A stretch of 64,000 nt of DNA from Ascidiella aspersa (taxonomy: Eukaryota), in assembly GCA_963924565.1 (NCBI GenBank), contig OZ004607.1, positions 6,510,001 through 6,574,000 on the forward strand, given 5' to 3'. The notes beneath the pieces are model-generated. The model searched no databases, was not told the origin of the DNA, and worked only from the letters and a program-made list of their open reading frames with translations. This document shows positions 37,859 through 49,926 of this stretch, piece after piece; position 1 is the first letter of the stretch; every line of letters starts with the position of its first letter. Both the position numbers and the translations under genes were made by a program.

Positions 37859-40800
37859 ATGAGAGACCTGGCTAGCCTCATCAGAGGTAATTGAGTCAAA
37901 TTGTATTTCAGATACAAAATGCCTGTTTAAAGCAAAGGACGAAATAATAGGCCTTTAGGTTATCATTTACTTTTGCTACATAGGCTCCATATTTGCATTT
38001 TTATACAAAATCTCTATTTCAAGTAGGAGTTAGAATTTAGGCTAGCTGGTATTGCCTTTTTTTTTCGTGCATTAGCGTTAGACGTGGATTCGGCTTGGTC
38101 GATTATATGCTTGGATTCTCTACGGTCATAAATAAACATACATTTACCCTTGTAGTTTGTTTATGTGTTGGATACCAAACAACAGGGCCGTGCGTTGGCC
38201 ACTATACAACAGGGAATTTAGTGATTTAATTGCCCGTTGCATTGATAATAACAAGTGCCAAGGTATATGTACTACTTTCGCTATTTGAAAATTTGCTACG
38301 GTTCACGAATTGCGAAGCTCTATAAAACTAAAAGGGCAAATAATATTGCTTTATTAATGCGTCCCTGAAATTGAAACGGAATGTTAGCAACCCATGTTCA
38401 AAATATTTCTTAATCGATTCTTCAAAACTAAATAGGCATATTTTGCAGAAAAATTTTCGCTTTTGAAATAAATTTGCCAGAAATAGGGCACAAATTTAGG
38501 GCGAAAACAAAAAATAGAGGAGGAACTGAAGTAATTACTATGAACCTATAAAGTAACTGTTTCCCAGAAGTTCCCCAAAAAATTGCTTAGCACGGTAACC
38601 GTCTACCCTTCGAGCTTTTTAAAACTTTCATTTTGTTTAACCAACAACCCTAATATTTAGCCTTTAATGGTAAGCTAGAATATTTAAGGTCAACATATTC
38701 TGTGTCGGCTAAATTGTATGGCCCAATCTGAAACAACCTGAAAAATGGCATTGACTGGTCGAGTAGCCCCAAAAACCTTTTATTTGATTGTAGACCGATG
38801 TTGTCACATTGGAGTATTTAAAACTGCAGCCAGCGATTGTTGTCGGGCGTCGGATTCGGCGCAATTCTTGAAAAGTATAGCCTTATACAGGGTTCAAACA
38901 GAATTGTTTTTTTTCGCGCCGACGTGAGATAGTAAGAAGACGTGCAGTGACGGCGCGCGCCAGCGGCCATATTGCCATGCCCTCCGAGGCTTTATGTGGG
39001 TGTTCTTATCATTCCTCCCTTCCTGTGTTTCTAGCAGAGCGCGCCTCGCCGCGATTCAACAAAGCCCATGGGTTTCTATTGCGGGAAACCGGGGCCATAG
39101 ATCTGCGACGTCTTTTCGCGCGCGTCCAAGGAAATGCAAGCTAATAAGTCGCTCGACGGCTTTGTCCAGAGCTTCTTGGAGCAGCCGACAGTTAACCCTG
39201 CAGGAAAATAGTGCTTGCTGAGCAGCGTCGCGAAAGCTCTGCCATGATGCCGAGTCTAAAATCTCAATTTGTCGCAACCTGTGCGTATGTTGTTGGACAG
39301 GCCGCGTTTCGCTTAGTTCTTTTGCGGAATTTTTATTGCGCTGTTCTGTATTTGAGTTGTGCGCCGGTCAATATTGTTTCAGCAAGTTCTGCCCGAAAGA
39401 TCAGAATCTTTAGAGAGTGAAATGCTGCTTCATAAAACAAAAAGCCGGCGCATTAAGGGATTTCAAACTAAGCTCAGTCGCCTTGGTAAAAATCCTCGGT
39501 GGATTAGAATCATTAGATGTTGCCAACGCTAACACAGGATAACGTGTTTTTACACGGGTACTTGAACCAAAATTCGGCAATGGTAATGGCTTGTTTAACA
39601 TCTATATAACCTTTAAAGTTAACTGCTGTTCTACAGGGGGTTTAAGTAGTTTCTTTACTGAAAGGACAGACTTAGCATTGTTTATCGTTGAGGGCGAAAT
39701 ATTCCTGGCGCTTACGTAATCGGGGATTTTCTCAGGTATCACTGGAATCGGAAAACAAGTTTCATGGCTTGTAGCTAAGAGGGGTAAAGTGTAAATTGGA
39801 AATCAAATATGGATAGCAACATATACATTGTTAACTAGCAGGTTACTGTCGGTGTGTGTTTTGCTTATTTACGCATGCATTTATTTTGCGATTTCCATGT
39901 TAAAGATGTGACGGGCTATTTAATGCCCAAGCAAATAATCTTTATGTACTGTGTTTTCACTCTTTTAAGTAGTTGCTTAAGCAATGGCTGGAATCATTTA
40001 TGAAATTTTTTCAAAAAATAATGCAGTCAAATTGCATTAAAACTAGAGGGCTTCTACGTCAATCGGTGGATATGTTAATGTGCCAAGTAGTAAGCAGAAA
40101 AGGCAGAGAGAAGGTATCACAGATTCGAGTTTGAACCTCTCACATTGTCCACCGCTGAACTGCGGGAAATTTGCATGGCAAGAAGCAAAAGTGTAACCTT
40201 ATAACTTCCGTCTTCCGTGCGCCTGTAAGCCAAGCGGCGGGGAAGTGCTGATTTGAAAACAATTGAGCCTTGTGTTTCAAAATGCGGTGTCCGAAGCGGC
40301 GTGGCTAGCACGGTACTTAAATAGTCACGTTTCAAGCACAAACCTTCAAAAACGTTACGAATAACGAAATCTCGGTATGCTGTGCAAAGTGTACATCCGG
40401 TTACGTGGCCAGTCTATCCCTGGTTACTTTTTCTAAAAGTGTTACAGCCTACTGCCAATACTGCTGCATTAATGTTCTCTAGCAGTTAACAATTACAATT
40501 CTTCATTGTGACGTTGTGTGGTGCAAAACAGTCTAGTTCTCTCAGCATATGTCCAACTTTTATTTTTGCATTTTTACCCATACAAGGAAATGCTAATCCT
40601 TCTTTGATTTCACTAAAGGTTTTTTTCGAATGTAGAATGATCTAGGTACTTTGTGGCGGTGCATATGGATTCATTCACAGGCAAACCGAAGCTAAAAACT
40701 GCAACGAAGCACGTGTTCCAAGTGCACAGTTACAGAAAGCCGACTTTCTGTGCGCATTGCAAAAACCTATTGGTTGGATTAACAAAGCAAGGGTTACAAT

Positions 40801-43800
40801 GCAAAAGTAAGTCAATTTAGCCTGAAATATTTGTAGGCCGGCATGTAAGGCTACATGAGAATGCTTTACCAGTGTTGGAAACAGGTCGTTTCAAATGACG
40901 CCCCAAGTAAAATTATTTCCATTAATAACAAGTTTAAGTCTAAGGTAGGCCTATTTGTTGCCCATGTCTGGTGCAAGTTTTAGTTATTTCCATAGAAAGT
41001 CAAATTATTTAAAAAATAGCATAAAAAAATGTTGAACTTTTAAGTTTCAAGTCCTAACATTGTTACAATTTGCAACTAATTATATAAAGTAATCTACTTT
41101 ACATATGCTGCTAAACTTTATAATACTTTTCTTAATGTTAATAACAAAATGCGTTTATAGTTGTAGGTTAAGTTAACACAGCCAAAGTGCCAAACCGTTT
41201 TTATAGGACCAAAAAACCCTAAGAAATACGGCTGTGTTTTGCAGAACAACCACTTCACATGATAATCAGCTAACTTGACTTTAATGTTGCAAGCGCAAAT
41301 GCAGCACCAAAAGACTCTAATAATGCGTGATGGCACGATTCTAATATTGGAACGTGCATTGTTGGCGTCGTTTTGACAGTTGACTGGCGCATAAGCCTTT
41401 GTTCTTTCTACTTTGCTTTGCTTAGGATGCGAAATCAACGTCCACAAAAAGTGCCAGGAAGACGTTACGGAAAGCTGCATCGAAGTGGTAAGAGGAAACG
41501 CGCTTCTTTTCCGTCTTCCCTGCTTAAAAATGGTTTTCATTTGCCTCCCCCGTAACTGTCGTACTTTGTTCTCTCGCAGACATGAATATTAGTTTGACTG
41601 AGGATCGAATTTTGTTTGCGATTCCTGTTTCAAACCATTTTATTAAAGCATAAAAATGAGACCACTGAAATTAAAATTTCTGTAAAACGATAATTTCCAC
41701 TTATAATTTTCCACATAAATATAGTTCAATACAGTAATGTACCACGTCGGCCAGGTGAATCCAATCAGACTCACGCGCAATTTCATCATACTAAAGTTAC
41801 AGGCAAATGCATTTTAGTTACCATTGGCAGTCACCCCTCCTAAAAAGACTCATATTTATGTAACATGCATTATGTGGTCATAATGCCTTGAAGCTGAAAT
41901 GTATATTAAACGCTATCATATGAATAAGAATATTTAGCTTCAACGAAATCCAAGTACTTGACTTCCAGCAAGGCGGTAACTTTATAAAACATTTTCGAAT
42001 TTGTTTAGAAAAAAATAGTTTTTAATAGCCAGGAGTATTAACCGTTAGTACTTTCCTAGTTTTGTTGTAAAGGGGGGGTTTTGTGATCAAATTACCAAAT
42101 AAATAGTCTTATGGAGGTTGATTCGTGAAACATGAGATTTGAATAATGGAGATCCATTGCCGATGTGATAAAATCTTTCATTCAAAGTCGTATATATAAA
42201 TCCTGGTTTGAAGACCTTAACAAAGAACGCGTCCAGAATATGAATTAACCCATTGGCGACGCTATATTGTCGAACTTGTATAACACTTGGTTAGCGGAAA
42301 AGATCGCAATCGGCAAGTTAAAGCCTACAACCAAATCCGGCAAGAAAACCACTTTGACCCGTTCCAGTTATTTCCGCTCGTTTTGTTGTGCCGAGTTTAA
42401 TATAACAACGCAAAAAAGTTGTATTATTAGTACGCAGAAAAGGAACCGACTAGTACACCATAGCGTTGATTCCAGCAGTTACCAACGTGCTTTGATGAAT
42501 TTCCTAAGCCGGTATTGTGTATTTCCTTGTCGTATGAGGCGTAAAACCCCCGGTGTATTACTAGCGATTAACGTGCTACCTGGTATCAGCGTCTTATAGA
42601 GCCTGCCTTTTATCGGTCTTTCAAGGCTGTTAACCACCTCAATCATTTATCCAAAAGCCCCCATCCCACTTACGGTTATTGATCGGACTGTTTTGAATTT
42701 GTGGCGTTGCTTTTTTCAGATCGTGGGCCACCACAACTTTCTCGAGCGCACTTACAAAAGCCCCGAGTTCTGCGACTGGTGCGGCAAGCTGCTGGCAGGC
42801 GTCATCAACCAGGGACTGCATTGCTCAGGTTCGTTCACTTTATAATTTCACTGCCCACAGTCACTTCTATTGACCGTTTTGACCAAAAGTTAACAATGAA
42901 AGTGTTAACCGTATAAAAGCAATTAACCACTGTCTGTAACCCTACTATTACGAGCTTAAAGCTGACTACAAATTCACGCAAGCAGAAGTCCAAGCTCAGA
43001 TTATTAAACCTTAGCATCTGTCGCAAAAATTTCGGTTGAGGATATGCTTTGAAATTCGCACGGTGCGCTATTCTGCTTTCGTTTTTCAAATGTTGTATAC
43101 AGCATAGGGTGTATAGGGGAACATGACTATGTTAAACAACTCGAAATAACTAATATTGAACATGTTTTGTTTAATAAGTCAGAAACCCAAACCATCGTCA
43201 TAGGCTAAATATATTGCATTTTAGAGAATTAAGATTTAATTTTAAAAACTAGCACCTGACGATAGTTAATCAGCCAAGCAAACATTATTGTATTATCTTT
43301 GCTTAGCCTTTTTATTGTTGTGGAATCTGTGGCATCCAGTGTAACTTAACACAAGGTGTCCTCGAATTCAGTCTTAACAACCCTGGTATTGAACGCAGAA
43401 TGCGGTTCCGACGTGCACGAGAAGTGCCAGGGCAAAATTGAGGTGCAATGCGCCAAGACCAAAGCACGTCTGGAGAAGGACAAGCTCGCCAAGCACCAAT
43501 CACACGCCGAAAAGAAAACAAGGAGCCATTCGAAATCGAGGTAGCCTCATTTTAGGGTGTTTTAGATGTTACCTCGAATTTTAAAAAGGACATTGTCATT
43601 TGCGCATTTATTTGTTGGAAGTTCTACTTGTAAAATCGGAATTGTGCGAAATTGATTTCGAACTTATTAACCCCCTAGTAAAACACTTTTTTATTTTGGA
43701 AAAAGTAACTTGTTACCCAGTGATGACTTAAGTCAATGACTTGTTGTTTCCAAATCTCTTGAACACTTTTTCAAATAACTTATTTTGGGGCAAAATGACT

Positions 43801-46714
43801 TGAGTTGACTCGACTAAAGTCGTTTGGACAAATGATTTGGGTTGAAATCAAATGTTTTCAAGGCATGTTTTTATCTAAATTGGCTTATTTCATTTTTGCA
43901 CCTACATCATTTCTGCACCCTTTGCACATGACTTGGATTAAAGTTATTTTATAAACGACCTCACTGGGACTTGTCATTTCAAAAACGACTTGTTCTACGT
44001 TCTCCTACTTGGTGTACAACAACACATAACGGCTAGCTTCGTTTACGCGTATATATGTTAGCAATTAAACAAGCTCTGCACTGTATTCTGTGTTTAGCTC
44101 TTCCAGCAGGGATTCTATCAAGCGGCCTAAAGACAAGAATTTGTCTGCGTCGAACGCACCACAAAAGCCAGCCGTGTTTGACAAAAGTAAGTAGTACAAT
44201 GTACATAGCATTCTGTGAACGTTCCGCTTTCGTTTTTCTAGTTTTTGTACCAGGATCAAGTAACAACTAATTGTATTGATTTAATTAGATCTGGTTATAA
44301 CATTTAAAAAACGTTTATAAATTACACAACGTCTGTACAATACTGGATACTGAAAAGTAAATCAGCAATAAAATGAGACCTGAGATAAACTTGACCAAAC
44401 CAAGTTTGTTCATCTTCGTACGAAAATGAGCTTCGTAAAACTATACCAGTGGTTATATTAAGTAACACAGTAAATTCCACAAAATTAACTTTAATAGATC
44501 TTAATTTAAATAATACATGCCCGTGGCCTCCCAGGAGGGCATCGATATTCAACCATTACAATTAGTCGTTTATTTTTCTTCAGAAGTATAACTCCTGTGA
44601 TTATTTGTTACAACTGGAGACTTTTTAAGTAAAAAAGACTTTCTTGCTTTTAAGTGAAAAAGCAAATGACTAACTATACCAGTGGTTATATAAATAATAC
44701 AGCAAAAAACACAAATTAACCTTTCAATAGTTTCGAAGTTAATCGTACATTTTTCTTTGGGTGATAACGCCCGTGATTATCAGTTACAACAGGAGACTTA
44801 TAAGAACGCCAGTAACCCCTTCCTTGCTTTGCAGTGGAGATGGAGCCTACCAACCAGGACGTGTTCCACAAGATGGAAAAAATCGAAGACAAAGCGGACA
44901 CCCCCAAACCCTCTCCGCATCCCAGTCCGAGGCCCTCACCCCATCCCTCCCCCAAGCCCTCGCCGAAGGTGACGCGATACCCCCCTACCCCGTCGTCGTG
45001 TGCTTCGGTAAGAAATTGTTTCGGCCCGTAAATGGCCCGGAATATTTTATCGTCTTGTTTCCCGAAAGTTAAAATTTCCCCGAAGTTAAGTTTTATTTAG
45101 TATTTAAGAGCGAATGGTTGGTGGTTGCAGTAAGACGTAGTAAGAATATCGAAGCCATTTTTGAAATTTTGAAATTTAATAAATGTTGAAACTAAACAAA
45201 GATTTATTCGAAACGTTCAAAATGTATGGGCTTTAATTTTTCTTAATTTTTTTTTAGTTTCATTGTGTACACAAGTTTTTACGCCACAATGTCATTGGGT
45301 CAGCTCTTTGGTTTATATACAGTTGGCACTTTTCCATAGATTTTATTACATTACAAATTAGTTCCAGGAAATTTGCCGCCTTACTTCAGGTGACATGTTT
45401 ACCCTAGTACTCTTTTTTGAAGTTTTTAAAGATCAAGCCTAACTTGACAATACAGTCGCGGGTATTTTATAGGCTACACATTGTCGACCTATAGTTCAAG
45501 GAAAAGGGTGCTTGCTTTCAACTCAACAGAGTTATGTTATTTTGTTAAGGTCTGGGAGGGTGTAAACGCGTTCCTTCGAAAAGTTAAATTAATCATTTTC
45601 CTAGATCAACAACGTTTCCCCTATTCGCTGAGCACAAGTGTAAATTCAATATTTATTGTGTACTGAGCCCAGGCTAGAACGGAAAGTTACAAAACACGGT
45701 TTAACTATTAGGCAGCGAAAAAAGAAAATAATAAAAAAATCTTATAAAGTATAGCACCTTAAGCAATTTCCACTTACATTGTAAATAAAGTAGCAGCCTC
45801 TCTTAATATCACTCTGTAACTGCAATCCCAAATGAGATAATTTATTGGGCCTACTCACAACGCCTTTAAAAACTGAAATTCTCAATCGCAACTTGAGACC
45901 AAGACCTTGTTTACTATAGTGGGCTAAATCCATAATGACTGCTTTGAGTTAATTTTCTGAAATGTTTCGAAACAAGGTTGTAACTAAAGCTGATAGCTTA
46001 CAACTTATGCAACTTGATATTTTCGATTCTTGTTGTTTATTTTGATACTCATGCAAGATACCAAATAATTTTAACTGTTTCCAAATAAAGTTATAACCGT
46101 GGTCAAATAAATAAAATGAAACTACTTTATAGAGCCCAATATGCTTCCACCCCCCAAAAAAAGAATCACTTCTGAAAGAAAACTTTGCGCAAAGCAAAAA
46201 AAATCCTGTATTAATTAGGTACCGGTATCCGATCAATAGCGGTTCCACCACCTCAGTATTATACAAGAAACGATATTCTATTTTATTATTTTCATATTTT
46301 CATATTTTGTAACGTAGGCTATCGTCACGCTCATAACCAAATTGTCCAAGTCATTTTTTACTGATTTTCAAAGTTTTTGCTTTGGTCACTCCTTGTTGCC
46401 ATCTCCATCCATAGAAAAAGTGCTTTAGTCATTTTTTTGCACAAGCGAGTGGGAAATGACCTAAGCACTTTTTCTATGGATGGGGATGGTAACAATTAAG
46501 GAGTAACTTAATCAAAAACTTTGAAAATCAGTAAAAAATGACTTAGGCAATTTGGTTATGAGCGTAACGCTATGATGGTTTCGCAAGTTGCCAGTTATAA
46601 CTAAACCATGTATATCAGGTAACCACGGAAACCATGGACGAAAAAGCTAGGATCTTGATGGAATTAGACAAAGGCCAAGAAGACGAAAAGCTGTGCTCGT
46701 GGTGCTGTTGCTAG
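37859..46714 (+). CDS. Tandem C1 (DAG/phorbol-ester-type zinc finger) protein without catalytic domain, ~271 aa, C-terminal CSWCCC
   Basis: Exons 37859-37886 (less certain), 40681-40806, 41426-41487, 42720-42828, 43399-43540, 44107-44186, 44835-45007, 46619-46714; all GT-AG, phases consistent, 816 nt. Two exact H-x12-C-x2-C-x13-C-x2-C-x4-H-x2-C-x7-C motifs: [50 protein letters not shown] and HNFLERTYKSPEFCDWCGKLLAGVINQGLHCSECGSDVHEKCQGKIEVQC. Confidence 0.82.
46320..46572. mobile_element. Foldback MITE (~115-bp inverted arms, TA-flanked)
   Basis: cgtcacgctcataaccaaattg...aagtgctttagtcattt / aaatgacctaagcactt...caatttggttatgagcgtaacg. Confidence 0.88.
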
Positions 46715-47900
46715 CAGATTGGGCGGCGAATTTGACAAGTCTCGTTTGGTTTGACTTGCGTTGATAAGGATGAAAGTGCTATATCACGCTTGGCGGAACG
46801 CGAAACAGTCATTTCTTTTAAAACGAAGCTCATTTTAGATCTAACTTTCGGTTTGCAGCAATTCGAACCTGGCCGAATTTTTTTTGTTTTTATTGCGAGC
46901 GAAAATCATTGCTTTCGCGTTTTCTTTCTTAAGCCTGTAGCGCTAAACCTTTTGATTGAAACGCTGAGTACAGGCAGAGATATCAATTTTTTCGTCCGAT
47001 TTTCGTTTTTAACACGCGAAAACTGAGCGACGAAATAGCGAAAAGTCGAATCGCGCGTGAAAAAGACTCGCGCGTGTTGTAGTTATTTTTACGAACCGCC
47101 TTCATTAGAAAATCTATTAAAGGTGTATCGAACTAATAAAGTAATTGCTACGAGAAATGTGTTGCTTTTTAGTTTTTTTTAACTTCTTCCCGTCGGATAA
47201 AAATATACAGCCAGTGCCTTTGGCTTAAAAAGTCATGTAGAGTAAAGCCAAATATTAAACGTTGGCAGTTTTGCTGTATATATGTGACACGTGCTCAAAA
47301 GCCGCCCGTTTGCGAACTGCAATCTATATTAAGAAAGATTCCAGGCTCTCGGCTGATTTGCATACATTTTTCAATCGCCGACGAGAAAGCCTTCCCAGAC
47401 TGCGGTGAATATTTATTCGTAGCCTACTCCAAAAACAAAACTGTCGCGTTGGCGAAATGCCGCGCCCTAATGTCAGCGTTCGCTTTTTTGTTGTTACGCC
47501 CTTTAAGGCGAAAATGACTCGCCTCGGCTAGCATTTGTCTTATCGACTCTCGAAATAAATCTTGCTTTACGGACTGCGCAAAGCGAAGGTCAGCTTTGTT
47601 TACTCTTTTTTTTTTAGAAATTTCGCCCGGATAAATACCACAGCCTGTCGCGTGATATTCTGGAAAGGTTTTGTGGACGTTCCTTGTAGATTTTCTTGTG
47701 TGCGCTTTGAAACGCCCTTTTGTCGTGTTATTAATAAAGGGTGTATGTAATAGGTCTTCTATTCTTGACGAATGACCACACGAAACAAAATTGTCTTGTC
47801 TCCGTGCGTCTACGCTCTAAAACTGAACGTTTTTCTAAGTTTTATTGCTTTAAAGCATGTTGATTTATTTGCACTCGTTCCTTGTTTTTCAATATTTTTA

Positions 47901-48042
47901 CCCCTGCTTTTGAAAAGTATGACGTCATTGCATAATTTATGCTCATTTACCCCTTCTTTTGAAAAGTATGACGTCATTGCGTAATTTAAGCTCATTCACC
48001 CCTGCTTTTAAAAGTATGACGTCATTGCGTAATTTAAGCTCA
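47901..48042. repeat. 48-49-bp tandem repeat x3, each unit carrying ATGACGTCAT
   Basis: Palindrome at 47919, 47968 and 48016. Confidence 0.92.
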
Positions 48043-49926
48043 GTATAGCACGAATCTGCTTAACCTGCATGTCAAATTAATTCTATATAAAGTAAACATC
48101 GAAAGCCTATCGTTTGACAATAGGTCGCTTAGCAGCCCGAAATAGCTTTATTTTGTCTTGTGCGTATTTCTTTGTGCTGAACGAAAATCGATTCATCAAT
48201 ACAGAGAGTCTGCCTGCGAGCATACAACGATTTTGACGTTTTTTTGTTTTATTCCACCAAACGCAAACGGCTATATGTGATGCGAAAACTAACAAAGAGT
48301 TCAGCAGAAACAAACGGCTACTTCTCTCTTCACAGTGACGAGCCTGTTGGGGCTTTGTATGGAGCCACCCGCGAAGGGATTTACCCCTGAGTGATAAAAC
48401 GCGAGAAAAAAATGAAATAAGATTTCTATGTACAGAGGGAGCCAAAAAACGCGAATGGGCCTTTTGTAAATGCAAAAAATCAAAGGTTCACCTTAGGCAA
48501 CCATTTTTAGCCAAAATAACCGTCCATGGAAGATAATTTTAAGTATTACATTATTAAATGTACAGTTTACAAGGGTCCATTTGCGTCGGCTTATAAATAT
48601 TATACATAAATTGACATCTACTGAATGTGAACACATTAGGTAAAGTAAGCTCTGGCATGGAAACTACGTTGTGTGCGTTTGAAAACGCAATAAAATCTAC
48701 TTTTTATATGTATAATATGTACAAGGTATGTTTACCGGGATCCAAGAAATGCGTCTGTTTATAAAAAAACAAAATTACCTTTACAATTTTTTCATAATGC
48801 AAGTATTAAACCGAACGAAAATTAAATTACCCAGGGTGCATATGAAATCGAAGGATTGGAAAGATTGATGCAAATCATCTCAGCTGTTCTGTACAACTTT
48901 TATGAATTTTTTAGGAAATTACAAAATATAGCGCTTCGTGGATCCCAGCTTAAGTGGTTATGTTGCAAGAAAACGGTATAAGTCACAGTGATGATGACAC
49001 AACTACGAGAGGATGGCTTTCGTCCTATATGTGTTAGTTTGTGTGTGTGTTAATTTTCCGCCTTGCTCTAATAACTAGTGTGTGGGTGTTGGCGGCCGAT
49101 GCAGTAACTTTAAACGTCCCGATCTATAAAAAGGCACGGCACACTGAAGCAAGCAAGACACGCTATGTACAGGGGGGATGTTTAAAACTATGGCGCTGCG
49201 CCGAAATCCAACTATAGTCACTAATATAATCGGCGCCCATTCAAAAGGATACGGCGCTTTTAAACAAAACGGAGTGCTTTGGTGTAAAGGGAGGTTAGCT
49301 ACAAATGTATATGACGCCGCTTAGGCTGAAAACGTACAAGAATATATATATCTATATGTATAATGATAGATAAAATCTACTGGAACTCAGTATGCGGAAC
49401 AGGACTTTTGTGCAAAGCGTCCAATCACGTCTGTGCAGGAGAAAGAACAAAAAATAATGTAAAATCACTAGCACACTCGAATATATATATTTGTGCAACA
49501 CATTATGCTAATGAACGGCAAGAGTAGGCGTACATCGAACCGCGCGTGCAAAAGGCACACACGTTTGACGCAAACTACTTTGTGTGTAATACTGAAACGG
49601 TAAAAATGCAAACGCGGGCTCGCCTATATGTACAGCGGAATTTCCTAAGCGCGGCCCTATAACGTATAATCTCTTTCGAAAATCTCTAAAGCGCCGCACA
49701 CAAGCTATTTATGCCGGTTAAAGTGGCGCACTACTTCTATACAGAGAGGGTTGTTCTGCAAAAAGTTTACGGTTAACAGTAAAAAAAAGGACTGAACTTT
49801 ACTGAAATTGTTTTTTTTTAAAGCGGCATATATTACAAAGGTTTGAAAAAAAAATTAGGACAAATTAAAAACAAAAACAAAATTTGGACAAAAAATGTGA
49901 GGGTTGGATGTTTAGAACTTGCTCTT

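Noticed and set aside
44761-45072. 103-aa ORF as the frame of the Pro-rich exon
   Set aside because: The alternative frame gives a regular PSPx repeat with synonymous third-position variation and fits the 44107-44186 exon phase.
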